This document shows positions 43,497 to 46,454 of a stretch of 46,454 nt of DNA, one piece after another. The number at the start of each line of letters is the position of its first letter. Position 1 is the stretch's first letter. The position numbers and the translations under genes were made by a program. The DNA is taken from contig JACRAB010000448.1 in NCBI GenBank assembly GCA_016213575.1, forward strand, positions 1 to 46,454, given 5' to 3'. The notes below the pieces were generated by a model that saw nothing but the letters and a program-made list of their open reading frames with translations, was not told where the DNA came from and did no database searches. The DNA is from Actinomycetota bacterium. Its GTDB lineage: Bacteria; Actinomycetota; Actinomycetes; Actinomycetales; Kineosporiaceae.

Positions 43497-44513
43497 ATGG
43501 ACGTCGTGGAGTTCACCCCCACCTTCGAGCAGTTCGCCTACACCTTCGGCGGCGCGGCCCCCGTCATGCGGGTCAGGCCCGGCACCGCGCTGCGGCTGTG
43601 GAGCGAGGACGCCTTCAACCATGCGCTCACCGGGGTCGCCGACCTGTCGAGCGAGAAGGTCGACCTGCGCTACGTCAACCCGCAGACGGGCCCGTTCTGG
43701 GTCGAGGGCGCCGAGCCGGGGGACACCCTGGCGATCCACTTCGTCGACCTCACCCCGGCGCGGGACTGGGGCGTCTCGGCGGCGATCCCCTTCTTCGGCG
43801 GTCTCACGAGCACCGACCGGACGGCGATGATCCAGGAGGCGCTGCCGGACACGACGTGGATCTACCACCTCGACCGGGCGAAGAACACCGTCGCGTTCGA
43901 GGCACGGCACTCCGACCTCGTCGTCGAGCTGCCGGTGGCCCCGATGCTCGGCACGGTCGGCGTCGCCCCGGCGGCCGGCGAGGTGCGGACGTCGCTCGTG
44001 CCGGAGCGCTTCGGCGGCAACATGGACAGCCCGGAGATGCGGGCCGGGACGACGTGCTTCCTGCCCGTCAACGTCGAGGGCGCGCTGTTCTCGATCGGTG
44101 ACGGCCACTACCGCCAGGGGGAGGGCGAGGCCTGCGGCACCGCCGTCGAGGGCGCGATGACGACGACCCTCATCGTCGACCTCGTCAAGGGCGGTGCCTC
44201 ACCGGCCGGCACGTGGCCGCGGCTGGAGACCGACGACCACTGGATGGCGGTCGGCTCGTCGCGGCCCATGGAGGACTCCTGGCGGATCGCCCAGGTCGAG
44301 ATGGTCCGCTGGTTCGAGCAGCTCTACGGGCTGCACACGATGGACGCCTACCAGCTGCTCTCGCAGATCACCGAGGTCCCGGTCGCCAACGTCGTCGACG
44401 CCAACTTCAGCGTCGTCGTCAAAGCCGCCAAGGGCCTGCTGCCCGCCCGGGACGCGTTCGGCGGCATCCATGCCGACCTGCGCGCCCGGGCCGCCTCGCT
44501 CGGCGCGATGTAG
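43497..44513 (+). CDS. Acetamidase/formamidase family protein
   Basis: NPQTGPFWVEGAEPGDTL, PMLGTVGVAP, GGNMD, GDGHYRQGEGE..GTAVE. Confidence 0.92.
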   Translation: MDVVEFTPTFEQFAYTFGGAAPVMRVRPGTALRLWSEDAFNHALTGVADLSSEKVDLRYVNPQTGPFWVEGAEPGDTLAIHFVDLTPARDWGVSAAIPFFGGLTSTDRTAMIQEALPDTTWIYHLDRAKNTVAFEARHSDLVVELPVAPMLGTVGVAPAAGEVRTSLVPERFGGNMDSPEMRAGTTCFLPVNVEGALFSIGDGHYRQGEGEACGTAVEGAMTTTLIVDLVKGGASPAGTWPRLETDDHWMAVGSSRPMEDSWRIAQVEMVRWFEQLYGLHTMDAYQLLSQITEVPVANVVDANFSVVVKAAKGLLPARDAFGGIHADLRARAASLGAM

Positions 44514-44551
44514 TCCACGCCGTAGTCCACCCCTCCACCCGAAGGACACTC

Positions 44552-45313
44552 ATGGATCTCCAGCTCGCCGGCCGCAGGGCCGTCGTCACCGGTGGCACCA
44601 AGGGCATCGGCCGCGCCGTCGTCGAGGGCCTCGTGGCCGAGGGCGCGCACGTCGCGTTCTGCGCCCGGGACGCCGGTGAGGTCGCGGCGGCGAACGCGGC
44701 GCTCGGGGCGGCCGGCGGCACCGTCTTCGGCAGCGTGTGCGACGTCGGGGACGGCGACGCGCTCACCGCCTGGGTCGAGGCCGCGGCCGGGCAGCTCGGT
44801 GGGATCGACGTCGTCGTCTCGAACGTCAGCGCGCTGGCGATCCCGGACACCGACGAGAACTGGGAGGCGTCCCTGCGGGTCGACCTCATGGGCACGGTGC
44901 GCCTCTACAAGGCCGCCCTGCCGTACCTCGAGGCGAGCGACGCGGGGTCCGCCGTCACGGTCTCGAGCGTCTCCGGCCGCGAGGTGGACTTCGCGTCCGG
45001 GCCGTACGGCACGGTGAAGTCGGCGCTCATCGCGTACACGGCGGGCATGGCCTTCCAGAACGCGGCGAAGAACATCCGGTTCAACACCGTCTCGCCCGGC
45101 AACACGTACTTCGAGGGCGGCGTCTGGAACCAGATCAAGGACGGCAACCGGGAGCTCTACGACTTCGCGCTCGGGCTCAACCCGACCGGCCGGATGGGCA
45201 CGCCGCAGGAGATGGCCGCGGCGGTCGTGTTCCTCGCGAGCCCGGTCTCGAGCTTCACGACGGGCACCAACCTCGTCGTCGACGGTGCACTGACCCGCGG
45301 CGTCCAGTTCTGA
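44552..45313 (+). CDS. SDR-family NAD(P)-dependent oxidoreductase
   Basis: AAGGA RBS; TGGTKGIG, VSS, YGTVK, NTVSPG, TGTNLVVDG. Confidence 0.93.
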   Translation: MDLQLAGRRAVVTGGTKGIGRAVVEGLVAEGAHVAFCARDAGEVAAANAALGAAGGTVFGSVCDVGDGDALTAWVEAAAGQLGGIDVVVSNVSALAIPDTDENWEASLRVDLMGTVRLYKAALPYLEASDAGSAVTVSSVSGREVDFASGPYGTVKSALIAYTAGMAFQNAAKNIRFNTVSPGNTYFEGGVWNQIKDGNRELYDFALGLNPTGRMGTPQEMAAAVVFLASPVSSFTTGTNLVVDGALTRGVQF

Positions 45314-45334
45314 CGGTCTGACGGTCTGACGGTC
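45311..45334. repeat. Tandem repeat TGACGGTC x3
   Basis: Begins at the SDR stop codon; three perfect copies. Confidence 0.85.
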
Positions 45335-45383
45335 CGGGCCCACGGTCCGGGCGCAGGCCTACGGCCGGCACCACCACCTGCCC

Positions 45384-45424
45384 CAGGGGGCCTTCGGTCA
45401 CGACAAGTGACCAAAGGCCCCCTG
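45384..45424. terminator. Long hairpin (terminator or REP-like palindrome)
   Basis: CAGGGGGCCTTCGGTCAC-GACAA-GTGACCAAAGGCCCCCTG; 18-bp stem with one mismatch. Confidence 0.65.
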
Positions 45425-45618
45425 TCGCGTCTGTGGGTGAGGCATCCTCCGCACCTTGGCGCGTCATGGTGACGTTCTGGCGGGAAACATCTGATTCTGG
45501 CGCCAAGTCAGTCGCAGAGAGTACAGAATACTGTCCGCTAGGTAGTCGGGCTGCCCGGGTGACGTCCACGGGGCGGCCGAGACGGACACGTCCACGCCGG
45601 AGCGAACGGGAGGGTCCC

Positions 45619-46454
45619 ATGGCGCTCACCACCGCCGTCCAGCCGACGGGCGCCGAGCGCGTCGTCCTGCCCGACGAGCTGTTCTTCTCCACGACCGACC
45701 GCCGCGGGATCATCCGCGCGGGCAACTCGGTGTTCTCCCGCATCTCGCGCTACCCGCTCGAGGAGCTCATCGGGAGCCCGCACAACATCGTCCGGCACCC
45801 CGACATGCCCGGTGGCGCGTTCCGCGTCGTCTGGGACCGGCTGCTCGCCGGCCTGCCCGTCGCGGCGTACGTCGAGAACCTCGCCAAGGACGGCTCGACG
45901 TACTGGGTCTTCGCGACGATCACCCCGGTCCGGGACGGCTTCCTCTCGGTCCGGACGGCGCCCGCGAGCCCGCTGTACGACCCGGCCCGCCGGCTCATGC
46001 GCGCCGTCCGCGAGGACGAGCGGGAGCTCGCCCGCCGCGAGGGTCTCGGCAAGGCCGAGGTGGCGGACGCGGGGGCGCTGGCCCTGGAGCGCCGGCTCGC
46101 CGAGCTCGGCTTCGGCTCGTACGACGAGTTCATGCTCGAGGCGCTGCCCGCCGAGGTCGCCGCCCGCGGCGACCTCGTGAAGAACCGCTTCGCCCGGCCG
46201 CTGGCCACCGGCGCCGCGGCCGACATCCTCCTCGGGGCGACCGGGCTGGACAACACGCTCGTCGACCTCGTGGGCCGGCTCGACGCCTACCGCGCGCTCG
46301 CCGACGCGCTCGGCGAGTCCGTGGGCCAGGTCGCCGCCATGGCCCGCCAGCTCGACCGGTCCGTGTCGGTCGCGCAGGCCGCGAGCGCGACCGTCGCGGA
46401 CACCGCGCCCGTGCTGCGCAACGTCGCCGCCGTCATGGCCGCGCCGATGGGGCA
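45619..46454 (+). CDS. Aer-type PAS sensor protein, 3'-truncated by window edge
   Basis: GGGAGGG RBS; LFFSTTDRRGII..NSVF..HNIVRHPDMP..FRVVW..YVENLAKDGSTYWVFATITP..FLSVR; not in the ORF track because it has no stop in the window. Confidence 0.85.
   Translation, partial: MALTTAVQPTGAERVVLPDELFFSTTDRRGIIRAGNSVFSRISRYPLEELIGSPHNIVRHPDMPGGAFRVVWDRLLAGLPVAAYVENLAKDGSTYWVFATITPVRDGFLSVRTAPASPLYDPARRLMRAVREDERELARREGLGKAEVADAGALALERRLAELGFGSYDEFMLEALPAEVAARGDLVKNRFARPLATGAAADILLGATGLDNTLVDLVGRLDAYRALADALGESVGQVAAMARQLDRSVSVAQAASATVADTAPVLRNVAAVMAAPMG

Noticed and set aside
45469-45488. GTGAC...GAAAC as a possible GlnR box
   Set aside because: Spacer is 10 nt rather than the 6 nt of the gTnAc-n6-GaAAc consensus.

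Overview
High-GC actinobacterial DNA in two parts. Bases 1 to about 23,480 are the right-hand end of a conjugative integrative element (ICE) of the actinobacterial T4SS-like type. It is inserted at the 3' end of a tRNA-Lys(UUU) gene (23409-23484, minus strand), and its other end and relaxase lie outside the window. In order, the element carries an ArdC/metallopeptidase/DnaG-primase fusion, a DUF2637 membrane protein and a cargo two-component system. Next comes a minus-strand transfer operon (pilin-like, VirB8-like, VirB6-like, SCO6880/PrgI-like, VirB4-like, VirD4-like, DUF4913). It is followed by a regulatory block, a cell-wall hydrolase, an excisionase, and a tyrosine integrase whose ORF reads through the att site into the antisense strand of the tRNA. 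The best candidate for an undescribed system is the block at 15.6-19.0 kb. It has two paralogous XRE-HTH + PLD-like (DUF5919-type) regulators flanking a NUDIX hydrolase, a membrane-anchored protein and an HD phosphohydrolase, and a GGGACGTC(TT) motif is repeated in front of both regulators and the transfer operon. Bases from about 23,580 to 46,454 look like ordinary host chromosome: two SpoIIE phosphatases (one with a catalytic D-to-V change), a GGDEF protein, MarR with a heterodimeric ABC exporter, DUF4242, a BTAD/TPR regulator, secreted proteins, a methyltransferase, a Ca/Na antiporter, an FMN hydroxy-acid oxidase, an acetamidase, an SDR and a truncated Aer-like PAS protein. All calls come from reading motifs by eye; no database search was run.
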